In this document: positions 38,997 to 49,357 of the stretch, in pieces | Layout of the letters: every line of letters begins with the position of its first letter | How positions within the stretch are numbered: the stretch's first letter is position 1 | Virus record (IMG/VR): IMGVR_UViG_3300048881_000780 | DNA from: a virus | Taxonomy: Duplodnaviria; Caudoviricetes | Strand: one strand, 5' to 3' | Length of the DNA stretch: 64,000 bases | Notes under the pieces: generated by a model | Databases searched by the model: none | Seen by the model: the letters and a program-made list of their open reading frames with translations, nothing else | Told to the model about the DNA's origin: nothing | Program-made: the position numbers and the translations under genes

Positions 38997-40394
38997 TTAA
39001 CAAATCTTTTTAAATCTCTTAGCAGTTGTCTTCTTGTTGTGGAAATTTTCAATTACTTCATGAAACTTCTTAAAATTTGATCTCTTCCACTTTGAATCAG
39101 TTGCAATTTCTTTTACAATATCTAAGAATCCTCTTCCTAGAATTAACTGACTAGATATATAGTTACACATGATCATTAAAGAAGTTGTAAAACTCATTCT
39201 AACGGCCTTGTTACCAGTTGGGTAACCTGTTCCATCTGGCATTTCATGGTGATTTTTGATCATATCACAAACCTGGTCGCAGAATATCCCTTTATCTAGA
39301 TTCCTAGCAACTCTCTCACTTAAGTGAGGGTGATTCTTTATGATCTTCATGTCATCTTCATCATAAGTCTTAGAAAGCTCCACAGGGTGGCGACATTCGT
39401 TCTTCTTATCTTCAGTTAAGTCTTCTCTTTGCATTACGCTATAAGATACATCTTTTAGCATAGAAGCAAGACTAAGTTTTTTAATAATACTTTTTTTAAT
39501 CTCTGAGTTAACATCAATCTTATCAAGTAGCCATATTCCAATTGAGAGAGTTGCTACTGCGTGAGTTAAATTCTCTCTATTTTCCTTACTGAATACCTTC
39601 CCAAGCATCTTAGATGCCTTCTTATCCTGCAAAAGAGTATTCATCGTCATTTCAATAGATGAAACAACTTGTTTTTGCACCTGATCTTCACCTAGGATAT
39701 CTTTGCTTAAGTTACCAATTGTTCCAACCAGAAAGTTAACTTTATCTGTTTCAGATTGAATTAAACCAACAGACTTACTAGACTCAACCTGACCTAATGC
39801 TCTATGAACTAAATCATCATAAATAGATTTATAGTAGAATTTCTCAACTCCATTATCCATATATCTAACAATTTGATCATTACAAAAAGAACAATTATCA
39901 TCATTCTCATTTAAGATTTTAAGAAAGCGCTTACCTACTTTACAATAGAAATCTACTGGAAATTTATCCACTTCAAGAAGCTTAGTTAATTCAACAGAAC
40001 TATGCTTATTATTCTGAAGAGTAGTCTCTCTTTCTAGAAATAGATCCAACATTTCTGAAGACTGATAGTAATGTTCATCAAACTTAGAAAAATCCGTGGA
40101 TCCATCTTTTAAGTTCTTATAAACATATAAACCTTTCCTGTAGCTTCTATCCCCAACTAAACTCTCCGTTGAGACAATAACATCAGGCATAAAGACTAGA
40201 GCATCTTTAACTTTGTTAATATTTTCAACAAATACACTTTTTCCAAATTTAGAACAAACCTGGGCCAATTCTCTTTCAAAAGGATTGAAATCATTTGGAT
40301 TTATATCTCTTAACTTATTACTCTTTGGCCCATCCTGAGTGTTTGGACAATAATCATAAGTTACAAATAGGATGCTTAATACTTTCTTATTCAC
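38997..40394 (-). CDS. HD-GYP domain protein (degenerate HD)
   Basis: HP..S, NHHEMPDGTGYP present; HD motif reads LKDV. Confidence 0.8.
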   Translation of the reverse strand: MNKKVLSILFVTYDYCPNTQDGPKSNKLRDINPNDFNPFERELAQVCSKFGKSVFVENINKVKDALVFMPDVIVSTESLVGDRSYRKGLYVYKNLKDGSTDFSKFDEHYYQSSEMLDLFLERETTLQNNKHSSVELTKLLEVDKFPVDFYCKVGKRFLKILNENDDNCSFCNDQIVRYMDNGVEKFYYKSIYDDLVHRALGQVESSKSVGLIQSETDKVNFLVGTIGNLSKDILGEDQVQKQVVSSIEMTMNTLLQDKKASKMLGKVFSKENRENLTHAVATLSIGIWLLDKIDVNSEIKKSIIKKLSLASMLKDVSYSVMQREDLTEDKKNECRHPVELSKTYDEDDMKIIKNHPHLSERVARNLDKGIFCDQVCDMIKNHHEMPDGTGYPTGNKAVRMSFTTSLMIMCNYISSQLILGRGFLDIVKEIATDSKWKRSNFKKFHEVIENFHNKKTTAKRFKKIC

Positions 40395-40395
40395 A

Positions 40396-41103
40396 CTAAG
40401 ACACCTTGAAAATATTTGGATATAACTTTAAAAGCTTTTGGATTATTTTATCTTTACTAAGCTTTGATAGATTGTTTCTTGCGATTAAAGCTGAAACTAG
40501 AGCTGTAGCAAAAGAGCTATCAATTATACTTGTATCTGGATCTACCCATATGTCTGCCTTAACTGTCAGACAGTTGTAGTAAGTTTTAATATAATTACCA
40601 ACGAGAATTGTTCTATTTGAATTAATCGACCTTGGAATAGATCTAAAATCCTTACACTCATTTGGAGTAGCTGAAACTAATAATGTTCCTGAATTAAATA
40701 AACTTGTATAGGCCTTTACTACATTACTAGAAAAATAGGTAGACATGTCAGAGTCATATATACTCAGGTTTAAAATATCCACATTCAATTTTGAAACACT
40801 TTCAATTTCACTATAAAATTTTTCATTATCAGAAACAGTCGAACTTTTCATAACTTTAATAGTGCTAGTTGCTAGTTTCGAAATTACAGACTGAACTCTT
40901 TTGGCGTGATTAATTCTCTCTGAATCTAAAATATGTAGAGTCTCTTTTTGAACTTTATTGAAATTTGACTTAACAATTTTTTTTAATAACTTATTACTAA
41001 AATCATTTCTAATTTCATAACCATTAACATACTCGCGCGACTCAACACTTGTTATTCCAATCATTAATAGCGCTATAAATATACTCTTCATTAAAGTATT
41101 CAT
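40396..41103 (-). CDS. Secreted subtilase (S8)-like protein, degenerate
   Basis: Signal peptide; ILDS, NHAKRV, ILNLS, LVSATPN, SSFATALVSA echo S8 motifs. Confidence 0.55.
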   Translation of the reverse strand: MNTLMKSIFIALLMIGITSVESREYVNGYEIRNDFSNKLLKKIVKSNFNKVQKETLHILDSERINHAKRVQSVISKLATSTIKVMKSSTVSDNEKFYSEIESVSKLNVDILNLSIYDSDMSTYFSSNVVKAYTSLFNSGTLLVSATPNECKDFRSIPRSINSNRTILVGNYIKTYYNCLTVKADIWVDPDTSIIDSSFATALVSALIARNNLSKLSKDKIIQKLLKLYPNIFKVS

Positions 41104-41220
41104 ATTACTATTTTAAGTGGAAAAGGAGTGGTATTGATAACTATCAGCATATTTAGACTTCTCAACATAGATGATAGATAGACAGAGCCTATTTGCTGAC
41201 ACCTTGTGTCAAAAAATACA

Positions 41221-43146
41221 TTATATTCTCTTGTCAAAGTTTAATAAGTAATTGATTCCACTATTTAAATCTTGAATATAAAGTCTCTTTTGACCTGGGT
41301 TCCAATAGATATTCCCTAACTCCTTCAAATCAGGTAAAATGACTTCTCCCCCTGAACTTCTCTCCCCATTTGGGTTTTGAACTCTAGAATCATAGAAAAC
41401 TAAATCATAACTTAACTGATTCCCAACGATCTGATCCCAAATTAGAATGTCTCCACTGTGAGATTCTGCTGCGATGATCTTGTCATCCATTTGAGTAATT
41501 CGAATATTCTTAAAACTAATGCCATTATCCTTATAGGAATCTCCAATAAGTGACGGAGAATCCTCGCTAACTTGTCCAAGAGATAGTGAACTTTGACATC
41601 TCGGTTCCGTATAGAAGTTACTCAATGTTCCAAGACCAGGGTTTGAAATAAAACAAGCTGGAAACGATCCTGATATAGGAATGGTTTCCCACATTTGAAT
41701 TCGATGCTCAAGTAGAGATACTTTATCAGCTATCGGCTGGGAGAATTCTTCATTACAAAGTGCAAAGAATCTTCCACTATTTAAAAAACCAATTTGAGTT
41801 GGAGAGCTACAAATTTTGGATAACATCCCACTTGGAGAAAAAGAGTTTGTTGCAATATCGTAATTCATTTTTGCAGGATCGATATCGTCAAGAGAAAGTC
41901 TATCTTGTAACGAATAGTTTTCAAATGCGCTTGCTTGACCTAGAACATTATCAAATCTACATTTAGATGTTCCCCATGTGGTAAAAAGACATTCAAACTT
42001 TGCCCCTTGAGAAACAAAAACATTCTTTGCTATAACAATTCGGTTATTACACTTTTCAGAGATATATAAATCATTATCTCTGGCCGCTAGTCCAGTAGCG
42101 CAAAATAGTGCGCGATCTCCATGCGTATCAATTGAGTAAGTACTATTATCTGAAAAATCTGCCTTACCAATAACTCGATCTTGTTCACATTCATAATCGG
42201 TTAGTCTTCCGGTCTCATTAGATAGATGCCTACATCCATACCGAGGTAAGGAATCATAGATTCTTACTCCATCATCAGTGGCAACAACGAGTGATCCATT
42301 ATGCACTAGGATATCTCTAGGTGATGTTAAACACTCTCTTTCATTTAGGGTGTTTTCAGGGTCCTGGCATGAATACGAAGAACTTAGCGATGCTTGTCCC
42401 AATACAGCAACAGGTGACAGTGGAAAGTTTCTAACTGAATCTAAGCAAAACTCACGCAGATCACCTTCAAACTGAAAACAAGATAATGCCTGCGAATTTT
42501 CAAGTATTATAATTCGATTTCTAAAAGTATCAGCATAATAGGCCCTAAAACCATCGTCAGTAAAGGCCATTGCAGAGTTCTGATCACTTAGAATTGAATC
42601 TGTATATCTAGTATTAACAAAGATCGTATCATTTTGTTCTTTAGCAAAGTCTTGATATTTAATATGAGTCCAAAAGTCCATCGTTCTTGGAATCTCGCTC
42701 ACTAGCTCGTAACTATCTACATTCACTGTTGATGTTACTTTATCTGACCATTTTTCATTTAATTCAATATACCCATAGTATGTATAAACACTACCTCTAG
42801 GAAGTATTTTTAAATCACTAAATGACGTATCAGAACCTTCACCTATCTTACTTAAGTAAGCAGACGAATAAGGTTCCGCCGGATCTGGCAACTGGTAATC
42901 AACTCCGTCACCACTCACTCTGTAAATATGAACTTTATAATCCTGCCCCTTATAAAGAGCTGGGATTCGATAGGTAATATCAACCCCACCAATATCGTTT
43001 AAAGACGCATTAAAATCTATTAAATTGAATAAGTAGCCTCCAGGTCGATCACTTGGAGCATCGGGATCAAAGATATTCACGTCCTCTTTCTTTGATTGAG
43101 AACAAGAAATTAATAACATGGAGAGTATGATAATTAAGTACTTCAT
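41221..43146 (-). CDS. Lipoprotein with NHL-like beta-propeller repeats
   Basis: LISC lipobox; YADTFRNRII, LYISEKCNNRIV, VLGQ repeats. Confidence 0.75.
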   Translation of the reverse strand: MKYLIIILSMLLISCSQSKKEDVNIFDPDAPSDRPGGYLFNLIDFNASLNDIGGVDITYRIPALYKGQDYKVHIYRVSGDGVDYQLPDPAEPYSSAYLSKIGEGSDTSFSDLKILPRGSVYTYYGYIELNEKWSDKVTSTVNVDSYELVSEIPRTMDFWTHIKYQDFAKEQNDTIFVNTRYTDSILSDQNSAMAFTDDGFRAYYADTFRNRIIILENSQALSCFQFEGDLREFCLDSVRNFPLSPVAVLGQASLSSSYSCQDPENTLNERECLTSPRDILVHNGSLVVATDDGVRIYDSLPRYGCRHLSNETGRLTDYECEQDRVIGKADFSDNSTYSIDTHGDRALFCATGLAARDNDLYISEKCNNRIVIAKNVFVSQGAKFECLFTTWGTSKCRFDNVLGQASAFENYSLQDRLSLDDIDPAKMNYDIATNSFSPSGMLSKICSSPTQIGFLNSGRFFALCNEEFSQPIADKVSLLEHRIQMWETIPISGSFPACFISNPGLGTLSNFYTEPRCQSSLSLGQVSEDSPSLIGDSYKDNGISFKNIRITQMDDKIIAAESHSGDILIWDQIVGNQLSYDLVFYDSRVQNPNGERSSGGEVILPDLKELGNIYWNPGQKRLYIQDLNSGINYLLNFDKRI

Positions 43147-43179
43147 AACTCTATTTTAAATTATTTGAAGTACTCTAAA

Positions 43180-43512
43180 TTAATACCTATGAGAGAGCTT
43201 TAATTGGATGGCCATATCTTCATGAACCTCTCTAAGTATAAGAAAATTAACTTTAGTATTCTTTTTTAGCTCACTTAAAATGTCTGAGCAAATATCCAAT
43301 TTATCACACTTAAGCTCTCTACCATTCTTTGTTACAATATGGACAAAATCACTATCAATCATGTGAACAAATCCATTACAAATTAAATCTTCATCATTTT
43401 TATCAAAACTTTTATAAATGGAGTAAGCCGAAGAATCATACTTTAATGAGTTTTCCTCTCTTATTAAAAATACACAATCGGTCTTCCAGTCTCTTACTTT
43501 ATAATAATTCAT
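43180..43512 (-). CDS. Hypothetical protein
   Basis: GGGAG SD. Confidence 0.65.
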   Translation of the reverse strand: MNYYKVRDWKTDCVFLIREENSLKYDSSAYSIYKSFDKNDEDLICNGFVHMIDSDFVHIVTKNGRELKCDKLDICSDILSELKKNTKVNFLILREVHEDMAIQLKLSHRY

Positions 43513-43535
43513 GCGTGGACTCCCTTACATTCTAT

Positions 43536-43931
43536 CTAAGATGCTCTTTCAATTTCAAAACCTGTAGACTCTTCAATGGCCTCTGCCACCCTGTTATAAT
43601 CTTCACGATCTTCTTTATTGATCATTGCTATCTTTAAACTGTGTATAAAATCTAAACTAGGATCGATAGACTCCCCTTGTTTATTAGTTTTGCAAATCAC
43701 TGCTTTCCCAACTAGAGGATTTTGATAATGCTCCTTAATCATAAAGAATCCAACTTGCAAATCTCTATTTAACAAACCTTCGTCTGCAACATATAAAGTA
43801 TGATCTTCATCAAGTCTTATAGCTGTAATCATTCCACCAATAAAACCTCTAATAAACTTATAAGAATCGTCATTTTCAACATTCATCATTTTCAGTGTTT
43901 TAGTCTCTGGATTTATAGTAAAGAACATCAT
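43536..43931 (-). CDS. DUF3846-like protein
   Basis: IGG.I......LYVADEGL....LVG pattern. Confidence 0.65.
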   Translation of the reverse strand: MMFFTINPETKTLKMMNVENDDSYKFIRGFIGGMITAIRLDEDHTLYVADEGLLNRDLQVGFFMIKEHYQNPLVGKAVICKTNKQGESIDPSLDFIHSLKIAMINKEDREDYNRVAEAIEESTGFEIERAS

Positions 43932-44040
43932 TTTTAACTCCTATTTATTAACCTAATACACTTATCGTAATATCATTAGGCAATATTAATACTTGACAAG
44001 ACTAACGCAACACGTTAACATATATAAAAAAGGAGTTTCT

Positions 44041-44223
44041 ATGGACTACTATCTAATGATCTATATGGTTTTCTTTATTATTACCTTTTCTCTTTGTTGG
44101 AAATATCTAGAAAGTAAATCTCATAAAAACTCAAAAAAGGACAATCTTAACAAAATTGAAGATTTAAAAATTGAATTTGACCTAATGTTAAATGGTAAAT
44201 TATCAAGGAAGTTCTTTGAATAA
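44041..44223 (+). CDS. Small membrane protein
   Basis: AGGAG SD; single TM; TTGACA promoter with operator 44002-44018. Confidence 0.6.
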   Translation: MDYYLMIYMVFFIITFSLCWKYLESKSHKNSKKDNLNKIEDLKIEFDLMLNGKLSRKFFE

Positions 44224-44527
44224 GTTAGATCGATTAAAAAGACAAATTTCCAACCGTCTTAAACTAAATACTACTATTAATACAAGAGATACTAAGAAGA
44301 AGTATAATCATGCTTTCTCTATAGCTTTTTCTGTCAATACAGACAATGAAGGAAAAAGTGTTACAGAGGAAGAACTTCTCTGTGCGCTAGTCGGTAGAAT
44401 TAAGGATATCTCCGAGGGAAAGGACTGTGAAATGATTGAGGCATGTGGCCTTCCTCATGATACTTACTTAAATGATGAAAATGAGTCCTCCAAGTCGGAG
44501 AACCCTTGGTTAGCATCTCTTAAGTAA
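44192..44527 (+). CDS. Hypothetical protein
   Basis: 111-aa ORF. Confidence 0.55.
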   Translation: MVNYQGSSLNKLDRLKRQISNRLKLNTTINTRDTKKKYNHAFSIAFSVNTDNEGKSVTEEELLCALVGRIKDISEGKDCEMIEACGLPHDTYLNDENESSKSENPWLASLK

Positions 44528-46670
44528 CTGAACACCTCTTCATTTTTTTAACGGCCTTAGCTTTAATTATTTTTTGAATAACTTTTCTTATGCCACGGCC
44601 ACCCATTTCAGAAATCTCTAAATCTGATATTTTCTCTAATTCCTTTTCAATGGTTAATTTTACAGTGATTCCTTTTTTCTTTAATTCACTTTTTAACATT
44701 TCATATTCATAGTTAGCTATTTTTAAAGCTATCTCTCTGTCCATAGAGTTAAAAGAAATAACCTCATCTAATCTATTTAAAAATTCTGGAGCAAAGCTTA
44801 ATGACAGCTCTTTCTCAACAGCTCCTTTATTAGAATATGATCCCCCAAGGGAGATATTCTTCTTTCTCTCAACAACGGCACCTACATTTGAAGTAAATAT
44901 AATTATTGAGTTGTTAAAATCAACTTTCATTCCTCTTGAATCTGTCAATTGCCCGTAATCCATGACTTGTAAAAGCGTCTGATGAATCTTTGGGTGTGCT
45001 TTTTCAATTTCGTCAAAAACAATAATAGATTGAGGATACTTCTTAATTTCTTCAGTAAGTCGACCACCCTCTTCGTACCCAACATAACCTGGTTCTGAAC
45101 CAATTAATTTAGAGAGACTTTCACTCTTACTATATTCAGACATATCAAATCTTGAAACTTTGTATCCAAGGTATTTTGCAATCTGAAGACAGAGTTCTGT
45201 CTTACCAACTCCAGTTGGGCCTCTAAAAAATAATTTAGCAAGTGGCCCTTTATTTCTTATTCCTAAGAATGATTCTTGTAACTTTTCGATAGTATGATCA
45301 ATAGCGTGATCTTGACCAAAAATTACGCTCTTAACTTGATTTCTAACACTCTCTAGAACGATAATTTCAGAGTCTCTACTTATCTTTCGACCTAACTGAA
45401 TCTCTAAATTCTCGTGAATATCATCAATGCTAGCTACCTTCTTAGATTTTATTTTCAATAAAACCCCTAGAGTATCGACAAAGTCTACCATTTTATCAGG
45501 AAAGTTCCTCTCCCTTTGGTGTTTATCTAAAAGATCATAAATTTGTTCATGTAACTTAGCTGGTAGCTCGAATTGGTGAAACTCTTCGTAGAGAGGTACT
45601 CTTTGTTCAGTAAGGAGTAGTACTTCTTTTTTATCCATAAGAGGAATATTTACTTTTGTAACTCTTCTTTTGATTGGGGATGATTTTTCAAAGAATTGAT
45701 TATATTCTTTAAAAGTAGTTGCTCCCAAGAACTTAAGCTTAGGATTTTCTAAGTATGGCTTTAAAATCGATGCTAAGTCATTGCTCTCAGAAGATCCACC
45801 AAGGCCAAAGATTGAATGCATCTCATCGATAAAGACAATCACTTTATTTCCCATCTTTAATAGATAGAATATCTCATCCATACAACCTTTAAATCTCTTT
45901 TCAAACTCTCCTCTATGAATTGATCCGGCCAACATTGAATGAATGTCTAGAGAAATCACCATGGAGTCGAATAGAGACTCATGAGAAGTTTTATTTATAA
46001 TTCTTTCAGTAAGAGAGTAAACTAAACTAGTTTTGCCACAACCGGACTCACCCACAAGTAGTGGATTGGCCTTTTCTTTTTTTAGTAAAACCTTTTCAAT
46101 ATTATCTATTACATCTACCCTCTCGTACATATTAGAGCGAATACCATTACTGATCTCTTTATTGATAACCGAAGAATAGTGATACAGATTTTCGCACTCA
46201 CTAAGGTGATCCTTTTTTAAAGGAGTTATTTCATTTTCTTTCGTTGCTATACTACTTAGTATTTTATTTACTTCTTCTTTAGAAAAAACATTGAATTCGT
46301 TATTATCTACAATATTTTCAAACAACACCATAACACTAGTTTCATCATAACTTAGAGATAGTGCGTCCTTTCGGGCCTTACAGAAAACTTCTTCTAAAGT
46401 AACATCTACCTTAACTCCAACGGCCTGACTCTTTAAGCGATCTGGAAAGAGTGATAAATCATATAGGTTCTTATATATACCTTCATAAATGTGAGACTTC
46501 GTTTTTATCTTTTTGTGAACCTTATCTAGATCAATATTATTTTCTTTTAATAAAGATATGATCTCAGGATATTCTAAGATAACCTGATAAATGTGAAATA
46601 TATTCACTCTTTTAATTGGTTGATTCTTAACTTTATCAATACTCTTTTCTATAACTTTATCTAAATTCAT
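44520..46670 (-). CDS. ClpA-like AAA+ ATPase (second copy)
   Basis: GESGCGKT/FIDEMH; GPTGVGKT/FDEIEKAHP; RFDMSEY, SKLIGSEPGYVG. Confidence 0.9.
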   Translation of the reverse strand: MNLDKVIEKSIDKVKNQPIKRVNIFHIYQVILEYPEIISLLKENNIDLDKVHKKIKTKSHIYEGIYKNLYDLSLFPDRLKSQAVGVKVDVTLEEVFCKARKDALSLSYDETSVMVLFENIVDNNEFNVFSKEEVNKILSSIATKENEITPLKKDHLSECENLYHYSSVINKEISNGIRSNMYERVDVIDNIEKVLLKKEKANPLLVGESGCGKTSLVYSLTERIINKTSHESLFDSMVISLDIHSMLAGSIHRGEFEKRFKGCMDEIFYLLKMGNKVIVFIDEMHSIFGLGGSSESNDLASILKPYLENPKLKFLGATTFKEYNQFFEKSSPIKRRVTKVNIPLMDKKEVLLLTEQRVPLYEEFHQFELPAKLHEQIYDLLDKHQRERNFPDKMVDFVDTLGVLLKIKSKKVASIDDIHENLEIQLGRKISRDSEIIVLESVRNQVKSVIFGQDHAIDHTIEKLQESFLGIRNKGPLAKLFFRGPTGVGKTELCLQIAKYLGYKVSRFDMSEYSKSESLSKLIGSEPGYVGYEEGGRLTEEIKKYPQSIIVFDEIEKAHPKIHQTLLQVMDYGQLTDSRGMKVDFNNSIIIFTSNVGAVVERKKNISLGGSYSNKGAVEKELSLSFAPEFLNRLDEVISFNSMDREIALKIANYEYEMLKSELKKKGITVKLTIEKELEKISDLEISEMGGRGIRKVIQKIIKAKAVKKMKRCSVT

Positions 46671-46883
46671 ATTAAATCCTTTTATCCATTTTATTTTTTA
46701 AGTAAGTGAAAAATAAAAAAATCTTTAGTTAAATAAAGTTAAAATAGATAAGAGTCCGTTTAAAAACGGATAATATTCGAGCTAAATAAATATCACTTAA
46801 TTACAATAATTAGTTGGCCCTTATGTGCGCAAAGCATCAAGTGAAAGACTAGACATAAGCAATCAAAATGCTACTATTTAAGG

Positions 46884-47534
46884 GTGTCAAATAATCGCTA
46901 CGAATTCATTATTCCAATCATAGAAGCACTCCTATTTGAGAAGGGAAAAATTCACTACAATGACATAATCAAGGCCATGAATCTTGAGATGACTCCCGAG
47001 ATGAAGGGTAATTTAACGCATATCATAGCTACCGATATTATTCCAAAAATGGTTAACTCATATCAATCACCGACTCATGGGATTGAAATACTGCACTTAG
47101 TTGAATTTCAAACACTAGAATTTGTAAGTAAGTCTAGATACTCTAGATTCTTAAGTCTAGATAAGACTACAATTGAGATGACTGATCGAACCAGAACAGT
47201 GTTGGCCTGCATTATCTTCAAAGGTCCAATTACAATGGGAGAGTTAACTAAGTATGTTGGTGAATGCTCTCACTTTGTTAGAATTCTCTGTCAGTTAAAT
47301 TATGTGAACTTTAAGTTAAATGGTAAGTGTAATTATATTTATTCCATTTCATCTAAATGTTTAGAGCTATTTAATGCTAATAGTACTAAACATCTAAAGG
47401 AAATGTTACTTGGGTTATCAAATGAAGTACCCTCTGATTATACTAGTAAAGACAGAGAAATCAAAAGCTTAAGTCGTATCAGCTCTAAGCTTAGAGACAA
47501 AAGAAGCAATATAAACATTAACACTATACGTTAA
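46884..47534 (+). CDS. scpB: ScpB-like (SMC-Scp subunit) winged-helix protein
   Basis: IIEALLF, VLACIIFKGPITMGEL, Y..S..CLELF patterns. Confidence 0.65.
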   Translation: MSNNRYEFIIPIIEALLFEKGKIHYNDIIKAMNLEMTPEMKGNLTHIIATDIIPKMVNSYQSPTHGIEILHLVEFQTLEFVSKSRYSRFLSLDKTTIEMTDRTRTVLACIIFKGPITMGELTKYVGECSHFVRILCQLNYVNFKLNGKCNYIYSISSKCLELFNANSTKHLKEMLLGLSNEVPSDYTSKDREIKSLSRISSKLRDKRSNININTIR

Positions 47535-47716
47535 TATATACATATGATCTCATTATATGGGTATAAAAATACAGAAAAACCCTTTAAATTCAATTAGATA
47601 ATAAAACGGCCTTCGAGAATCCCTTGTGAGCCACTTTCCCCTCTACTCGAATCGATACTCCAATATTTAGTTTAAGAGGCCCATTTCCCCTTATCTGGCC
47701 TCGAGCATGTTCATTT

Positions 47717-47733
47717 ATAACACCTCGTGTTAT
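47717..47733. promoter_or_regulatory. Palindromic operator copy (ATAACACCTCGTGTTAT)
   Basis: Perfect-arm palindrome overlapping TATAAT. Confidence 0.75.
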
Positions 47734-47766
47734 AATATATTACACAACACTAGGAGTTGCATAGAT

Positions 47767-48000
47767 ATGAAAACATTTTTAGGATTTTGCGGAGCAACCT
47801 TTTTGGTTTCTTTTGGTTTTGTATTATATACGTCGTTTACAATCGTACAAACCTCAGATTTAGAGAATGGGGTTATAAAAATTGATGATTATAAGAGCTA
47901 TGAGTGTAAACTCACTGCAAGTAGTGAAAGAAAGATAAAATTAAAAGAGGATCTTGATAGATTAATAAAAAAAGATAAACTTAAAAAAAGTAGGCTTTAA
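47767..48000 (+). CDS. Small membrane-anchored protein
   Basis: AGGAG SD; N-terminal TM. Confidence 0.6.
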   Translation: MKTFLGFCGATFLVSFGFVLYTSFTIVQTSDLENGVIKIDDYKSYECKLTASSERKIKLKEDLDRLIKKDKLKKSRL

Positions 48001-48251
48001 GAGGCACTACTTATTAAGTTATTAGTTTTATTGATGATTCTTAGTTCTCCATCCTTACTCTCAGTAAAAATAGTCCCATCTCTTTTCGCGAAAACGAGTA
48101 CCGTTTCATCTTCTTTATTTCTTTTTAAATGAAAGGCAGGCCATTTTTCTAGAGGCATATCTACTTCAAAAATATTTGAGACATGGTAGATGCTATAGTC
48201 TCTAATACATGTTTCTCTAAATTCCGTAATGTAATCAAGTCTTGATTTCAT
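47997..48251 (-). CDS. Hypothetical protein
   Basis: AAGGA SD; operator at 48276-48292. Confidence 0.65.
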   Translation of the reverse strand: MKSRLDYITEFRETCIRDYSIYHVSNIFEVDMPLEKWPAFHLKRNKEDETVLVFAKRDGTIFTESKDGELRIINKTNNLISSAS

Positions 48252-48378
48252 AATTCCTTCCTTGTGTAATTATTTTTAACAGTCCGTGTTAAATTAAATG
48301 ATACTAAAACACTCGGGCATAGCGTGAGGGGTTTCTTTATTTAAGTTTGATTTTACAACTTTTTCAGATACTTGAGAG

Positions 48379-48954
48379 TTATCTCTTCATTGCAAACTTA
48401 GGATGTTTCTTTAGAAATTTAGATTTTTTATAACTAAGAGAGAAGTGTTTTCTTAAAATTCTTCTTTTTGAGAGAAATCTATTTGGATAAAATATGGCCT
48501 TACTGATCACTTGATTCTTTTTCTTGAGCCTTCTATAGGCGGTTGGCCCCTGGTTGTACATCATTAAAGATTCAAGTAGATCGTTTGTGTAATTTTTTTG
48601 TAAGTACTTTAAGTAATAGGTTCCCAAAATGATATTTAGTCTTGGTTTTTTCCAAGGGCACATTTTCTTTCCAAGATTCTTTTCACATAATTCCACAGCT
48701 GTTCTTGGCATAATTTGAGTTAAACCATAGGCCCCAACATTAGATTTAGCATTCTTCTTAAAACCTGACTCAATCCAAATTAAGCTCGCTATATCATATG
48801 GATCTAATTTAAACTTGATGGCCGCTTCAAAGATATACTTTTCATATAAGAATAGGCCTTCAACAACACTGGAAGGTAATTCTTTCTGTAGTTCGTTATT
48901 GGCAAAAGAACTTTTCAAATTAATCAATAATAGTAATGCTATAAGTATTTTCAT
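48379..48954 (-). CDS. Lytic transglycosylase (SLT, VirB1-like)
   Basis: Signal peptide; IESGF, GAYGLTQIMPRTA, YNQG. Confidence 0.9.
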   Translation of the reverse strand: MKILIALLLLINLKSSFANNELQKELPSSVVEGLFLYEKYIFEAAIKFKLDPYDIASLIWIESGFKKNAKSNVGAYGLTQIMPRTAVELCEKNLGKKMCPWKKPRLNIILGTYYLKYLQKNYTNDLLESLMMYNQGPTAYRRLKKKNQVISKAIFYPNRFLSKRRILRKHFSLSYKKSKFLKKHPKFAMKR

Positions 48955-48970
48955 GGTTATATTTTAATAA

Positions 48971-49189
48971 TTAAAAAGTGGTTTCAATATTTCCAAAATT
49001 AATTTTAAAGTGCCTAATTATATCTTCTCTAGTTAATTTAGACTCTGCTCTTCTTTTCTTGTTTTTTCGTCTTGCTCTATTTTTAAATTTCTCTTTATTT
49101 TCTTTTCTACAGAGAGACTCTTTTTCGTTAAATTCTTTTCTCTGCTTTTTACTTTTAAACTTTTTACAATGATTCAAAGTAACCTCCAT
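48971..49189 (-). CDS. Small highly basic hypothetical protein
   Basis: K/R-rich ORF behind TTGACA promoter with operator 49210-49226; exact start uncertain. Confidence 0.45.
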   Translation of the reverse strand: MEVTLNHCKKFKSKKQRKEFNEKESLCRKENKEKFKNRARRKNKKRRAESKLTREDIIRHFKINFGNIETTF

Positions 49190-49357
49190 TGATAATATTA
49201 TAAATAAATATAACATCTAGTGTCAAGACGTAACAAACAGAACCACGTAATTCCAGAAGCTTATCCACTTTTAAACTTTTTTCTATTTTATATTTTGACA
49301 AAGTACGACAATATTTATAACCTAAAACTAACACACTGCAACACACAGTAGGAATTT

